Assembly (NCBI GenBank): GCA_010909165.1
Contig: VJWM01000108.1
Span: forward strand, 248,001-312,000
DNA: 64,000 nucleotides
Source: Anthoceros angustus
Taxonomy: Eukaryota > Plantae > Anthocerotophyta
Direction of reading: 5' to 3'
Shown here: one piece after another, positions 1 to 13,311 of the stretch
Numbering within the stretch: the first letter of the stretch is position 1
Layout of the letters: each line of letters starts with the position of its first letter
The notes under the pieces: generated by a model
Told to the model about the DNA's origin: nothing
What the model saw: only the letters and a program-made list of their open reading frames with translations
Database searches by the model: none
Program-made: the position numbers and the translations under genes

Positions 1-989
1 AGTGCTTGGTCAGTTAAGCAAGGCGTCGCACCTCCGACCTTACGTCGTTGATGGGGAGCTTCAAATTTGAAGCGTTTGTTTTAGCTTTTGTTGTATATCT
101 TGTATAGGATATGGGCTAGGGGTAGGGCAGGGGGCTTCCCACTCTTTCCAGCTATGGTAATATGCATGCCGTCGTCCACTGCGGGATGTTCGTCTTCACC
201 TGTGATGAGGAAGCAGAAGCATGTGCAGGCAAAGGTTGTTCTTAACTGTAACGATTCGAGATGTCACGATGCGTTCAATTTTGGAACCACATTCTTCCCT
301 GTTCCTTGGACCAGTCCTCTAGATGTTGTCACTTTTCACCTTAAACAGCAGGCCTAGGCTAATGATACTCTCCACGCTTGAAATTGGCTCTTGACCACGC
401 TTTCACGAGGGTGATAGCATGCGTAGGTGCATAATCTGAAGCTGGCAAGTGTACATCTCCAGCCTTGTACGTGTTGTATTCTGTAGCATTTTGCATGTTG
501 TTGACGACTCCACGTCCTCACATGTTTGTCCCCCTTCCCAGGACATTTTGGGGCAGCATACATTTTGAACCAAGCCCCGTCCTCCTGACCTTTCCAGCCT
601 CACCCAATTGACGTATCTGCTGGAACCCTGATCTCCTGAGAACTTGCAGGAACGTGCGCGATACGTTTCTATTCTTCGGCCTCGCATCATCCAACAGCAA
701 TTTGACAAACAGAATGTCCTGTGAGTAAATGTTGTGGCACTACATGTAGTGGTGTGACCATTCCACGTGGATTTTCTGAACTTTGCCTGGTCAGTAAGGA
801 CTGGAACCAACAGACAGTTTGTGAGCATTCCATGCTCAACTCAGGCAGCTGTACAGCAACCAGCGCACAGGACGGATTCCTAACTCTTGGAGGGCATTGA
901 GAACCTGTTTGACTATTGTCTTTGCTGCACTTCTTGGGGACCTCAGACGAGGTGCTATGGACATATCAAAGGGGCAAAAGTTTTAGGAA

Positions 990-1519
990 AGGATGAAACC
1001 AAAGAGAAAGCTTTCTTTGATTCTTTCACATTCGCAGGCAAGTTCGAATCAGCATGTGCTACGCACTCCACCTGCTGGTTGTGGCTGTGTCCACCATCGC
1101 AATCACAGTGCCGTTGTCGGCCAGAAGAGATTTGATTTGTAGGCCCTGATCCCAGCTGGAGACGAGGCGCGCGTGTTTGGAGTCGGCGTCTTCGGTTCCC
1201 TCTTTTGCAATCCAGTAGAAACCTAAACTCGCATTGTTGGCTGAGCTATTGTAGCAGGTAGGAACGGAAACAGCCTGTGCATTGGCTTCTGCAAGCTGGA
1301 AGGTGGGATGATCTGGTATGCCAAGACCAGAATAACCCAACATGCGCAGTTCATCCTGGATATGTCGGTCAAATGGGACCCAAAATGCATTGAGATTGAA
1401 GGGAGACGGTCCTTTAGTCATCATCTGATGCGGACAATTCTATCTACGGGATACTTCTTGAGTCCAGAAGCATCGTCTTCAAAGGATAAGCAGCAACGGA
1501 ATCAGGCTGCCAAGCCGAC
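990..1519. repeat. Copy 1 of a ~530-550 bp dispersed direct repeat (copy 2 at 2082-2634)
   Basis: Both copies run from AGGATGAAACCAAAGAGAAA to GCTGCCAAGCCGAC. They differ by many substitutions as well as indels, so the duplication looks old. Minus-strand ORFs 1059-1424 and 2118-2438 share the peptide IPDHPTFQLAEANAQAVSV...NGTVIAMVD, which I cannot assign to a family. Confidence 0.85.
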
Positions 1520-1555
1520 CAGTACCTTAAAAGTCTTGGTTTCGTCCAGAATCCC

Positions 1556-1804
1556 GCTGATGCAAATGTCTACCTCTAGCAGAAAGGATCACACTTCATA
1601 GTGCTCGCCCTGTACGTAGATGATGCGATCTTAGTCTCAAATGATGATCAGCTTCTAGAATATGTTGAAAGCATGTTACGTCAGGGGTTTGACATGAAGG
1701 ATATAGGAGAACTTACCTTTGTTCTAGGTGTTCACACTCGTCACATGGACACAGCTATGTTTTTTTTCAATCGCCTCCTCAGCTTGCGCGTTCCATCGGC
1801 TTGA
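1556..1804 (+). mobile_element. Ty1/Copia reverse-transcriptase fragment (YVDD region), degenerate
   Basis: Translates as ADANVYL*QKGSHFIVLALYVDDAILVSNDDQLLEYVESMLRQGFDMKDIGELTFVLG. This has the Copia-type YVDD catalytic motif, the downstream F.MKD.G..LG motif and an in-frame stop. Confidence 0.8.
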
Positions 1805-2081
1805 AGCACGAAGGCTGCTTATCTGAAGCTTGGGGCCTGCTTACAGTCAATCCCTAACCATGCAAGGTTAAGGGGGTGTGTCAGGAGATTGTTAACCTAG
1901 CCTAGTTAGGTGTCTGATGTGAAACGACGTACACACACACTTCTGCTCATAACGTTTTCCTAAACCCTGAACCAAACATTCTCTTCTGAACTCGCTCTTG
2001 TGCTCGTGTGTTCTTGAGCACCTTGCTCTTCATGTCTTCCTGCACTCAGCGTGAAGCATGTGCTCAGCTCTAAATCGTAAG

Positions 2082-2634
2082 AGGATGAAACCAAAGAGAA
2101 ATCTTTCTTTGATTCTTTCACATTCGCAGGCAAGGTCGAATCAGCATGTGATGCGCACTCCACCTACTGGTTATAGCTTTGTCCACCATCGCAATCACAG
2201 TGCCGTTGTCGGCCAGAAGAGATTTGATTTGTAGGCCCTGATCCCAGCTGGAGACGAGGCGCGCGTGTTTGGAGTCGGCGTCTTCGGTTCCCTCTTTTGC
2301 AATCCAGTAGAAACCTAAAGTCGCATTGTTGGCTGAGCTATTGTAGCAGGTAGAAACCGAAACAGCCTGTGCATTGGCTTCTGCAAGCTGGAAGGTGGGA
2401 TGATCCGGTATGCCAACCAGAATAACCCAACATGGCATGTTGGGTTATCTTTCGACGGGGGTCATCCTGGATGTCAGTCAAATGGCACTCTCAGGAACCC
2501 AAAATGCTTCGAGATTGAAGGAAGACGGTCCTTTAGTCATCATCTGATGCGGACAGTTCTACAGGAGACTTCGTGAGTCCAGAAGCATCGTCTTCAAAGG
2601 ATAAGCAGCAGCGGAATGAGGCTGCCAAGCCGAC
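2082..2634. repeat. Copy 2 of the ~530-550 bp direct repeat
   Basis: Direct sequence match to 990-1519. Confidence 0.85.
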
Positions 2635-2791
2635 TTTCCGAGCAGCGGTAGAATGTATGTACACTATATATATATTTATGTGAAACAAAGACTGAGACCT
2701 GTGCAAGTGAGCAGGACAGACTGCTCGATGCTCATGATTAACACGCTTGACAAGCTACTGCTCGTCAGAACTGGGGGCAGGCACCAGTTCC

Positions 2792-2986
2792 TGTTAGAAA
2801 TCTATAGGATTGGTGCAACACATCACATATTAGAGTTATGAGTATAAGTCCTAGAAGTATATAGGATTATCCCAGGAGCGAGATAGGATTTCATACTATC
2901 GAGAGTATGACAAGGCCAAAGGCTATATATGTATGCATAGCACACCATTTCTAATGTAATCGAACTGGAATTACTGCTTTCTAACA
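2792..2986 (+). repeat. 5' LTR of the Copia element
   Basis: TGTTAGAAATC...TTCTAACA, with TG...CA termini and an inverted TGTTAGAA/TTCTAACA end; near-identical to 6516-6707. Confidence 0.95.
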
Positions 2987-2997
2987 TGGTATCGAGC
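2987..2997 (+). promoter_or_regulatory. Primer binding site (tRNA-iMet type)
   Basis: TGGTATCGAGC directly after the 5' LTR; the canonical site is TGGTATCAGAGC. Confidence 0.85.
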
Positions 2998-5900
2998 ATG
3001 GTTCAGGAGATGCGTAAAGTACTCTGCACCACCCTGTGTGGGACTCTTGCCACTTATCTTCTATTGCATTGTTTGTAGTTATGCACTAAGTGTCCGTGAA
3101 AGCTCGCTTGCAATTTTGTGAAGCTTGGTAGTAGTTTTGGTGCGAGGAACTTTTGTCTTGTCTTTGCATAGCTTTCGAGGTGTGCATATGGAGACTACGT
3201 CAAGTGGAGAAGTTTGATGTGAACTTCACATTATGGAAGTTGAAGCTAAAATCTCTTCTCATTGACAGAGGATTGTGGAAGTTTGTGGAAAATGGACTTC
3301 CGGATGGCGCTCGAAAAGGATATAGACAAGGATGCGAAAGCCTTGGCTAATATTATCTGAATGTGTCGATGACATTCTCTCACAATTGAGCGAGTGTGTC
3401 TCTTCGCAGGATGCATGGAAAATTCTTTGCACAACGATGAGAAGAAGAGCATTGTGAGCGAAATGTCACCGGAAAGTCAATTCTCCAACTTCAAGATGGT
3501 TGAGGCGACACTGCTCAACAACATGTCAACAAGTTGAAAAGCTTGGTTGATCAAATGAGGGAGGCAGATCAAACCTTGGAGGGTAAGGTGATCACCGTGC
3601 CGAGTAGTTTGCCACCATCATGTAGGCAATTTTTATTGTCTTATAGGGCATCCGTAGCGATGCGTCAAGTGACAATCAACCAACCTTTGATGAGGTGGTT
3701 AGATTACTCCTACAAGAGGAGCTTGATGGTTCTTTCCGGACACGGCAACGAAGGCTTGGCACTCTTCTCCAAGAAGAGCACATCACGGTGGAAGACCTCG
3801 CAAGCCAAGTCTCTAGAAGGGACAAAGGATACAGATGCAAAGAGAAAGGTGAAAGGCTTTTGTTATCTGAAGCCCAATCACCACGCAAAGGATCAGAAAT
3901 AAGATTGGAGACTTGAAGAAGGGAAATCATCCCAAGCTAATCAAGTCGTGAGAAGGACCAAGAACACATCTTCGCGTGCTTCACCGAAAGAGATCAAGCG
4001 ACTTCATCAAAGAAGGATGAGAGTTTGTACCTTGACTCGTGCATCCCAAAGATTTCGCTTATAACCTTCCTTGGTTCTCAAGCTACGAGGTATTGCGGAG
4101 GGGCATACGGTGGCGCTTGGTGACAATAGGTCACATGACATCAAGGAAGAGGAGTGTTACGAGTCCATCTTCCGGAGGACATGTATTAAGGACGTGCATC
4201 ATGTGCCTCATCTTGCGAGGAATCTTCTTCGCAAAAATTGCCGGCGCAGTCATGAGGTTGTGTTCAATTCCAAAAGGATTTCGGATCCAACTGAAAGTAC
4301 CGAGTTATCGAATGCTAAAGTGATTGCTAGGCGTCCGAGTAGGAAATTTGTACAAGTTGTGTGCTTCGGAAGGCAAGCTTGCACCTTTATGGACGATTCG
4401 CAAAATAGCATTGGATCTATTGATTTATGGCATCAACGCCTAGGGCACATTGGTGTGGACAATATCAGTTGATGAAGAACCAACATATGGTTACAGCTTG
4501 GATTTGAAGAAGTGGGTGAGCGCAATTATGCCAAGGGTGCATAATGGAAAGCTACACCGAACTAAGTTCCCAAAGATTGCACACGAGCAAAGATGGCGCT
4601 AGAGTTGGTACACACGGATGTGTGTGGTCCAATGAAAATCCACTCATGGCGGAGCCCGCTACATTCGGTGTTTGTGGATGATTTCACTAGGAAGACTGGA
4701 CATATCTTATGAAGGAGAAATCCTGTATTTACACTCTTCAAGGAATGGAAAGCCATGGTGGAGAACGAAGTGGACAACGTCAAGACTTTGCGTAGTGACA
4801 ACGGAGGTGAATACATCTCCACGACTTCCAACGCTTTTGCAAGGAGCATGGAATTGGAAGGCAACTAACCATCCCTCACACACCGGAGCAAAATGGAGTG
4901 GCGGAGCAAACTTAGAGTCCGTGGAGGCTAAATGCATGTTACATCATAGTGGCTTGGAAGTACGTTTTGGGGTGAGGTCATGTTACAAGAACCTATGTTT
5001 TGAATCGAGTTCCAACCAAAGCTATTGTTGGAATGACCGAGGAAGCGTGGTCTCAAGGCCAAGCCCGACATAAGCCATTTGAGGATCTTTGGTTCTGGTT
5101 TATGCTCACGTTCAAGCAAACCCGAACAAAATGGGATCCAAAAGGCGTGAAGTGCCTTATGCTTGGATACTCTCGAGATTAAGGGCTACGGTTGTATGAT
5201 CTTTCAAGGAAGAAGATCATTTTAGTGGACGTTGTATTTAATGAGGTTGTGGAACCCATCAAAGGAGTGGGAGCTCCAACCCCAGCGGTTATCATGAAGG
5301 ATCCGACGGCGTATGTTGACGACCCTGATGAGGATTCTGACTATGATGACACTCTTGAGCAACCTGCTCCTGAGCTCAAAGAACCTTCTCAACAATGCGA
5401 CATAGAGGGGGGAGAAAGGGAAATTCCTGATGTCGCGGTTGGAGAAGTAGATGAAGATCAAAGCATTGTCGTAATTGACGAAGAAGAGGAAGCTCGAAGT
5501 ATTCGAGAGAGACAACCAATCTTGAGAAGATCAACGAGACAATGGAAACCTTCGCAGAAGATCTTGGAATCCATGAATGCGTGTGTGTATGAGGAGGCAT
5601 GGTTGGCAGATGCCGGCGAACCACAAAGCCTAAGGAAGCATTGGAAGGACCAAAGGCAAAGGAGTGGAAAGAAGTGTGACAGTGAGTATAACTCTTCTCA
5701 AGAACAAAACTTGGGCAATCACTCCTCTACCTCACGGAAGGAAGAGCATAGGATCAAAGTGGACATTCAAGATTAAGCGCAAGGCTGACGGAAGCATGAG
5801 CCCTACAACTGAAAAGGAGAAAGAGAAGATAGATAAGACTCTCTATCAACGTGCCGTTGGCTGTCTTACATATTTGGCAACAGGGACAAGGCCCGACATT

Positions 5901-6504
5901 GCAGAGGCAGTGGGAGTTGTGAGTCGATTCTTGGCCAACCCTGGACAACAGCATTATCAAGCAGTCAAGAGGATATTCAGATACTTGCGCGGCACAAAAC
6001 ATTGGAAGTTGCAATACCAAAGGATCGACATGAAGACGCCTGTGGTTGGATTTTGTGATTGATTGTGGAGATGTCGATGGCAAGTCTACCACATGTGATA
6101 TGTATTTATGCTATTTGGGGAGCCATTTCATGGAGTAGTAGGCGCCACCATCGTGGCTTTGTCCTCTACAGGAGCGGAGTACATGGCAATATCTGCTGCA
6201 ACAATGGAAGCAATATGGCTACGACGATTGCTCAAGAAATGGGATTTAAGGTAAGGGTGCAACAACCATCTTCAACGACAATCAAGGTTGCATTTACTTA
6301 GGAAAGAATGCTACTTTTCACGCAAGGACGAAACACATTGAAGTAAAGCATCACTTCATTAGAGAGAAAGTTCAATCCAAGGAGATAGAGCTAGCGTATT
6401 GTCCCACTGCGGCCATGCCTGCAGATGTTTTGACCAAAGGATTGACTTTAGAGAAGCACGTTAAGTTTAGCAAGATGTTAGGCTTAAAAGAGTAGCACGA
6501 TGTG

Positions 6505-6515
6505 TTGAGTGGGAG
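6505..6515 (+). promoter_or_regulatory. Polypurine tract of the Copia element
   Basis: TTGAGTGGGAG directly before the 3' LTR. Confidence 0.75.
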
Positions 6516-6707
6516 TGTTAGAAATCTATAGGATTGGTGCAACACATCACATATTAGAGTTATGAGTATAAGTCCTAGAAGTATATAGGATTATCCCAGA
6601 GCGAGATAGGGTTTCATACTATCGAGAGTATGACAAGGCCAAAGGCTATATATGTATGCATAGCACACCATTTCTAATGTACCGAACTGGAATTCGCTTT
6701 TCTAACT
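6516..6707 (+). repeat. 3' LTR of the Copia element
   Basis: Matches the 5' LTR apart from a few substitutions and indels; the terminal CA reads CT. Confidence 0.93.
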
Positions 6708-7959
6708 GCTCCATCGTGCTCGCAGTGCACACACACCGGCCGCCGACTCGTAATCTAGTCCGAGACCGCCAGATCACGCGACTTTGTGAGACTTCGTGAG
6801 CTGAGATCTTGACTGCCAGTCGACGGAGACAAAATAAGTCTAAAGAAGGTGTAGTCAAGTCTACCAAAGCTCGAGTCTACAAAGCGTATGTGGATACCTG
6901 ATCCTGTCCAGAGATCTGCAAGCTCGGTACGCAGGGAAAAACTCTGGAGGGTGCCTTAGAGGATTTACGGAACTGGCTAGTTGTGAAGAGACTGTATGAT
7001 TTAAGACGGAAGAGAGAATCGAACAAAGACAGGTAGGTCTTCAATGGACCGTGAGTCACTATGAAGGCATCCAACTTAACAGGGAGTGGGAAGGGATTGT
7101 ATTTACGAACTACGGCTTCTAGAGTTGCAGCGATCTGCTGAAGTACCTGTGGACCACAAGAGATTAATGGCGAGCATTGCTAAGCGACAAATGCTCCGTA
7201 ATCCTTGGAATCAGGACTTGTTCAATGGCGAGAAGCACCGCACCACGCATTTCGCTTGTGGAACCGAACGCCTCAGCCGGGTCATGATCCGGACAAGTTG
7301 GGGAGTAAATCCGCCATAGTCGGTATGAAGCTTCTTCACCTTCGATGAAGCTCTCTCAAAGCCGAGATTGGAAAGAATATCCTTAGCACGTCCATCTCAT
7401 GTTCGGAATGAAAACCATCATGGGGTTTTCTTTAACATCACAATTCCACATCCCGCATCATCTCAATCCAAATGCGGTCATGTATCCTCAACGCTAGCAT
7501 TAAACTCTAGTCGTCATCCCGTCCATGTCAAGGAGAGTAGTTCGGCAATGGCCGATGCTTTCATTGGCTTGAATCTGAACGATGCCAAATGTGGAGCCTG
7601 GATGCTCCGGAGATCGTGGTCGGTCGCAGGAAGCGTGAGTCACGGATTGACAGCACATGTGACCAAACTCTAGCTAGGCGACCTTATGAAAAGCACAAAA
7701 AACATTTAATACATATTCGCACGACTAAGGGAACTTCATCCCATTAGCTCCACTTTGAGCCGCCAAAACCGCCATCACTAAAACGCAGCTTACAACATAA
7801 GTTGCACCGTGAGATCTATATCCCCGCCTCCCGACACCGGCTCGATAATGTGCTCCAAGCCAAGTGCTCGATCGAGATGAGCGCGGTGACCCGGCCAGAA
7901 GACTCGCAATCCAGTACGCTTTTGTACACACAAAAACAGGTGTACGATCCAATCCTCAT

Positions 7960-8110
7960 CAACCTCCGAATCGCACAAGACATGAAGGAAGTATGATACC
8001 ACCGCTTATCACCTTCGATGCCAAGATCCTTTCCACCACCTCCGCAACACCCTCTCCATCAGCTGCGGGCGCACATCTTCCATGCTCCCGAATTTGTTAG
8101 TATTGGCTCT
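7960..8110 (+). mobile_element. Possible LINE RT remnant
   Basis: The peptide PPLITFDAKILST loosely resembles the LINE RT motif RPI.LL..D.KILS. The support is weak and short. Confidence 0.22.
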
Positions 8111-9179
8111 GCTCAAACCCAGAGAAAACAATCGCACATATGTCCTTTGAATGGTTCCTCGCACATAGGTCCTTTGAATGGTCCTTTGAAAGGTACTTTT
8201 ACAATGATTGTTGTTTTACAACAATATTTTTCCAACAACCAATGCGCTTCTTACATCGGGACCTCTTTAGCAGTGGCTTGAATTTTTTAATATTCTAATT
8301 TCCTGGCAGAGGGATTTAACAATGGCTTGAATTTTTAATATTCTAATTTCCCCGCAGAGGGATGGACAACGATTTCTCTAGGTTCGTAAAGACCTGCGCA
8401 AGGCTTATCATGGGTTTGACCTCCCCTTTCTTGTATTGTTGCTTTCTTCCGGCAAAGGACATTGGCTAACGGTGGCATTCTTGGTGGTAAATAGACTTTT
8501 TCACATCCTGACCACGAAGTTCTACAGGCCTTCTAGTTAGTCCCCTGGCATGGTGCCCTTCGTTGGGTTTTTCCCCTCACATCGGATGATGTGGATGAGC
8601 AGTTGTAAGCAATAGAGTGTCCGATGTGATGTCTGCTTGTTCCACCAAAGGACTCACGAAGGGAATTGATATCTATATGCCGAAGGATTCTGACACGTAC
8701 CTACACAGATAGCAACCTTCTCACAGCCCCCGTCTCAAAATCTTCCATGCTCCCGAATTGTCAGCATTGGCCTCCCCTGAAAGCCAGAGAAAACGACGGA
8801 CGTAATTGCTTCGGAGGAAGGTAGGGTTTCTGTTAGGTCTACCACGGGATGCACATCCGAATGGACACAACTTCATGAGAAAGTGGCTGCACTGGAAGTC
8901 TGTCTGTATTCAGTTGCAACGTGCGATCCTAACCACAACCAACAGGAATTGGGCAGTTATCCTGTCTACAACTTCATCACTGAAGAGATGGGCAACCACT
9001 GCATCAGCAGCTGTATGTACTACGAGAGCTATCTTGACATCACATGGTGGAATCGGCAGCCAGTCTGCGTGATTGAATGTGGCATTGCTTTCTAAAGCCA
9101 TGGCGCACACAGGGTTGTAGGATGACTGCTGAGAGGCCAACAGCGTCAGGAAAACTGTACACGGTAGAGACCTACCTTT

Positions 9180-10612
<1,433 letters not shown>

Positions 10613-10881
10613 GGCCGCTCTTCGAAAGCTGCTCACTGAAAGCTTGCAAGCGTGAAAAGAGCTTGGAAACGGAGGGACTGGCTCCAGCTTGCTTTTTATG
10701 AGAGACAGACAGCTGCTGACGGAATCACTTCAGTTCCCCGTCTGGTCCAGTCGAGTTCCGGATTGATAACAGATACAGGTCGTGGTCGAGACGGGGTAGG
10801 CATGGCCGCCCAGCATCCTGGCAGCGCAGGCTTCCGAGCAGTTTCTTGCAAAGCAACGATTCTCGAAAGCACGATGTGTAA

Positions 10882-10946
10882 GAGATGGGATCGAGATGGG
10901 ATCGAGATGGGATCGAGATGGGATCGAGATGGGATCGAGATGGGAT
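10882..10946. repeat. 11-bp minisatellite (GAGATGGGATC) x ~6
   Basis: Perfect tandem units read directly from the sequence; about 270 bp upstream of the AKR start. Confidence 0.95.
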
Positions 10947-11295
10947 GAACCCATCAACTGTAGCACAGTTTGGGGAGACCCTGAGGTCCCGAGGGGCATC
11001 TAGCATAGGACAGCTTGGGGGAGACCCTGAGAATCACACTAAGGTGGAGGAGCTATGCTCTGGACCAAGCTTGTAGGGAGGTGAAGGGCCAATGCACAAT
11101 GTTATGCTGATCGTTTGTGACCATCGCAAATTTGCAGATAATGTGGTGTAAATTTGTTGAAAGCGTTGATAGACATGTCTCATGTTCTCAGGTGCAACTG
11201 CGTAAACACTTTGCCGAGGAGGAAAAAGAAGAGGAAGAGGAAGAGGAGGAGTGACGTGGGAAAATTGGTGGGTGGTGGAGGATGATATCAGCATG

Positions 11296-11778
11296 TCAGG
11301 AGGCGCAGTACTTGGTGACTGCTTTAGTGCCCTCGGAGATGGCGTGGTTGGCCAGCTCTCCAGGCAGCACCAGGCGGACAGCAGTCTGCACCTCTCTCGA
11401 CTTCAGAGTGGTTTTCTTGCTGTAGTTGGCCAGCTTGCCGGCCTCGGACGCCAGCTTCTCGAAGATGTCGTGGATGAAGGAGTTCATGATGCCCATGGCG
11501 CGGGAGCTGATGCCGATCTGCGGGTGCACCTGCTTGAGCACGCGGAAGATGTACACCCGGTAGCTCTCCGAGTGCTGCTTCTTGCCTCTCAGCGCGGCGA
11601 AGGCAGTGGGCCGCCCTCTGCCTCGGCCTCTGGAGCCGCTTCCCGCCTCCCCGCCGCTGCCCTGGCGCGGCGCCCTGGATTTCTTGCCCGAGCTGCTGTG
11701 CCGCCTCTTCTGCGCCGGCCGCCGTGGAAGCAGCGGGCTCTTGCGTGCCCTCGCCCGCGTTCTCCCCTTCGGAGCCAT
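11296..11778 (-). CDS. H2B: Histone H2B, divergent variant with an Arg-rich N-terminal tail (160 aa, intronless)
   Basis: Histone fold [40 protein letters not shown]...[27 protein letters not shown] at 11778 gives MAPK. Confidence 0.95.
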   Translation of the reverse strand: MAPKGRTRARARKSPLLPRRPAQKRRHSSSGKKSRAPRQGSGGEAGSGSRGRGRGRPTAFAALRGKKQHSESYRVYIFRVLKQVHPQIGISSRAMGIMNSFIHDIFEKLASEAGKLANYSKKTTLKSREVQTAVRLVLPGELANHAISEGTKAVTKYCAS

Positions 11779-12149
11779 CGCCGGCGGCAAGGTAAGCTCA
11801 GCGGATTCTCTTCCTTCTCGTGGAAGATTTATCCACAGGATCAGTTCGGGTCCTCAGGAAAGGATGCAGTGCACGCAGGGACTGACTGGCGACCGGGGGG
11901 GGGAACAGGAGATTGTAGAATGCTGGCCTCTCTAAGCGGGAAAGAATTCTGGATGGCTGAAGGAGAGCGGAAGGGGGAGACGGCGGAGGAGGAGATGGCG
12001 AGGGAGTGACAAGTCGGCGGGCTGGAGATCACAATCATCAAAGGCAGAACTGTGAGGAGGAGAAGCGGGGGCGAGAGAGGCGGGGGCAAGCAGAGAAGTT
12101 GCAACTACTTATACTTCCGTGCTCCGGCCAATCAGCGGCGAGAGTATGG

Positions 12150-13109
12150 ATGCCTGACATGGCACCACTTCGCCACTTCGCCACTTCGCGCTGCGATGTC
12201 CTGAGGTCTTCCGCGTCGGATGCGCCTCCTCCTGCCTGCGGCAAAGCCGCGATGGATGAGCGGGAAGCTGCCTTGGCTGATTCGCCTGCCATCCGTGGGA
12301 GTCTGGAGTCGCAGGCCGTCACCTGCGCTCAGCTGCGCAAGCTGCAGGTTTGCCTCGCCATGGCCTGGCCTCTTGGATTGCTGGCCTGCTGGCTTGCGCT
12401 CCACTCACTTTGGGATGCTGGCGTGCAGGAATTGAGGCTGAGGCGGTTGCATCTGAAACGAGGCAGCCAAGAGGTATGTTTGTCCGCGACCTTGTTGCTT
12501 CTTTCTACTCTTCTGCTGCGGGCAATTGAGCCTGGATTTGCATGGCAGGATTGTCGAGGGAAGAAGCGACGCCTTCCTGTATTTGCGAAGCACAAGGGAA
12601 AGCAAGCCAAGGTTAGAACTTAGCTTAGCTTGGCTTCGCTCGGCTTGGATAGAATTTGATGCGCTAATTCTCCATGGGGAAAAGAAATGACGCGCTAATA
12701 AGCGGTGTCAGCTTGGAAATCAGGAGAAGCAAGCATCCAATTCTGAGATTGCCACACAGTTTCCTGGGAATTTCGACCAGTCCACGTCTTCTGCACAAAT
12801 GCCTGATGAAGAGGTGATGGAGAATCCTGACGCTGCGGACAACACTGAGGTAGACAAACTCTCTGCTGGCAACCCCAAACCCTATGCAAGTTGATTGCAT
12901 GTTTCTGATGAAGTGGCAAATCTTGTGCTGCAGAGGCCGCCTACTCTTGTGAAGAAACGGCAAAAGTTGCGCTGGGGGTATGGAATTACGTTTCCGTGTC
13001 TGGGGGTCTGGCCTCCTTCCTCTCTTTTCTTCTGCTAGATCAGATTTTTGCCCTTGGTGAGTGCAGGTTAGACACAAAGGAGAGGTGGGAGAGGAAGGGG
13101 AACATGTAG
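12150..13109 (+). CDS. Small conserved plant protein of unknown function, 6 exons: (12150/12159/12251)-12347, 12429-12473, 12549-12611, 12712-12849, 12934-12977, 13067-13109
   Basis: Five GT-AG introns splice in frame to ...LQELRLRRLHLKRGSQEDCRGKKRRL...KKRQKLRWGLDTKERWERKGNM*. I recognise the C-terminal motif as conserved in plants but cannot name the family. The start codon is uncertain. CCAAT lies near 12128. Confidence 0.7.
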
Positions 13110-13311
13110 AATGAGTGTCCTGGAGCGGCGACAATGGCCCTAGCTTCTGTTTGCACTGGTAAGAAAGCCTGGGTTTAGAAAGGGCTTGTGTTGCAATTGG
13201 CTGACTGTCACGCGAAAAAGACAATTCCATGCTTTTGACAGGAAATGTGGACCTACGGAGACACCTAGGTAGGTATCTTGCTGAGCCTCCGTTCCGGTAT
13301 TGTAGGTGAGC

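Larger units (their letters stand above)
2792..6707 (+). mobile_element. Ty1/Copia LTR retrotransposon, non-autonomous (RT core deleted, many frameshifts)
   Basis: Paired ~195-bp LTRs, PBS, PPT and a near-perfect TSD (GTTCC 2787-2791 / GCTCC 6708-6712). Internal Copia order: gag (NFTLWKLKLKSLLIDRGLWKFV), protease (LYLDSC ~4025), GAG-pre-integrase (LWHQRLGHIG), integrase (LELVHTDVCGP; KTLRSDNGGEY), RT ends (KWTFKIK; YQRAVGCLTYLATGTRPDIA) and RNase H (RTKHIEVKHHFIREKV). Confidence 0.95.

Noticed and set aside
1-900. Short ORFs at the window start (e.g. 403-828 and 518-700, minus strand)
   Set aside because: No recognisable motif or splice-consistent model; probably degraded sequence.
6720-7700. 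Possible host element into which the Copia inserted
   Set aside because: I translated the minus-strand frames of part of this stretch and found frequent stops and no identifiable TE or gene motifs.
8270-8360. Two ~49-bp tandem AT-rich copies (also a 21-bp doublet at 57363-57404 and repeats in FANCE intron 1)
   Set aside because: Ordinary local slippage duplications, with no CRISPR-like repeat-spacer structure.
11251-12009. 252-aa plus-strand ORF
   Set aside because: It is the antisense shadow of the GC-rich H2B CDS and its promoter.
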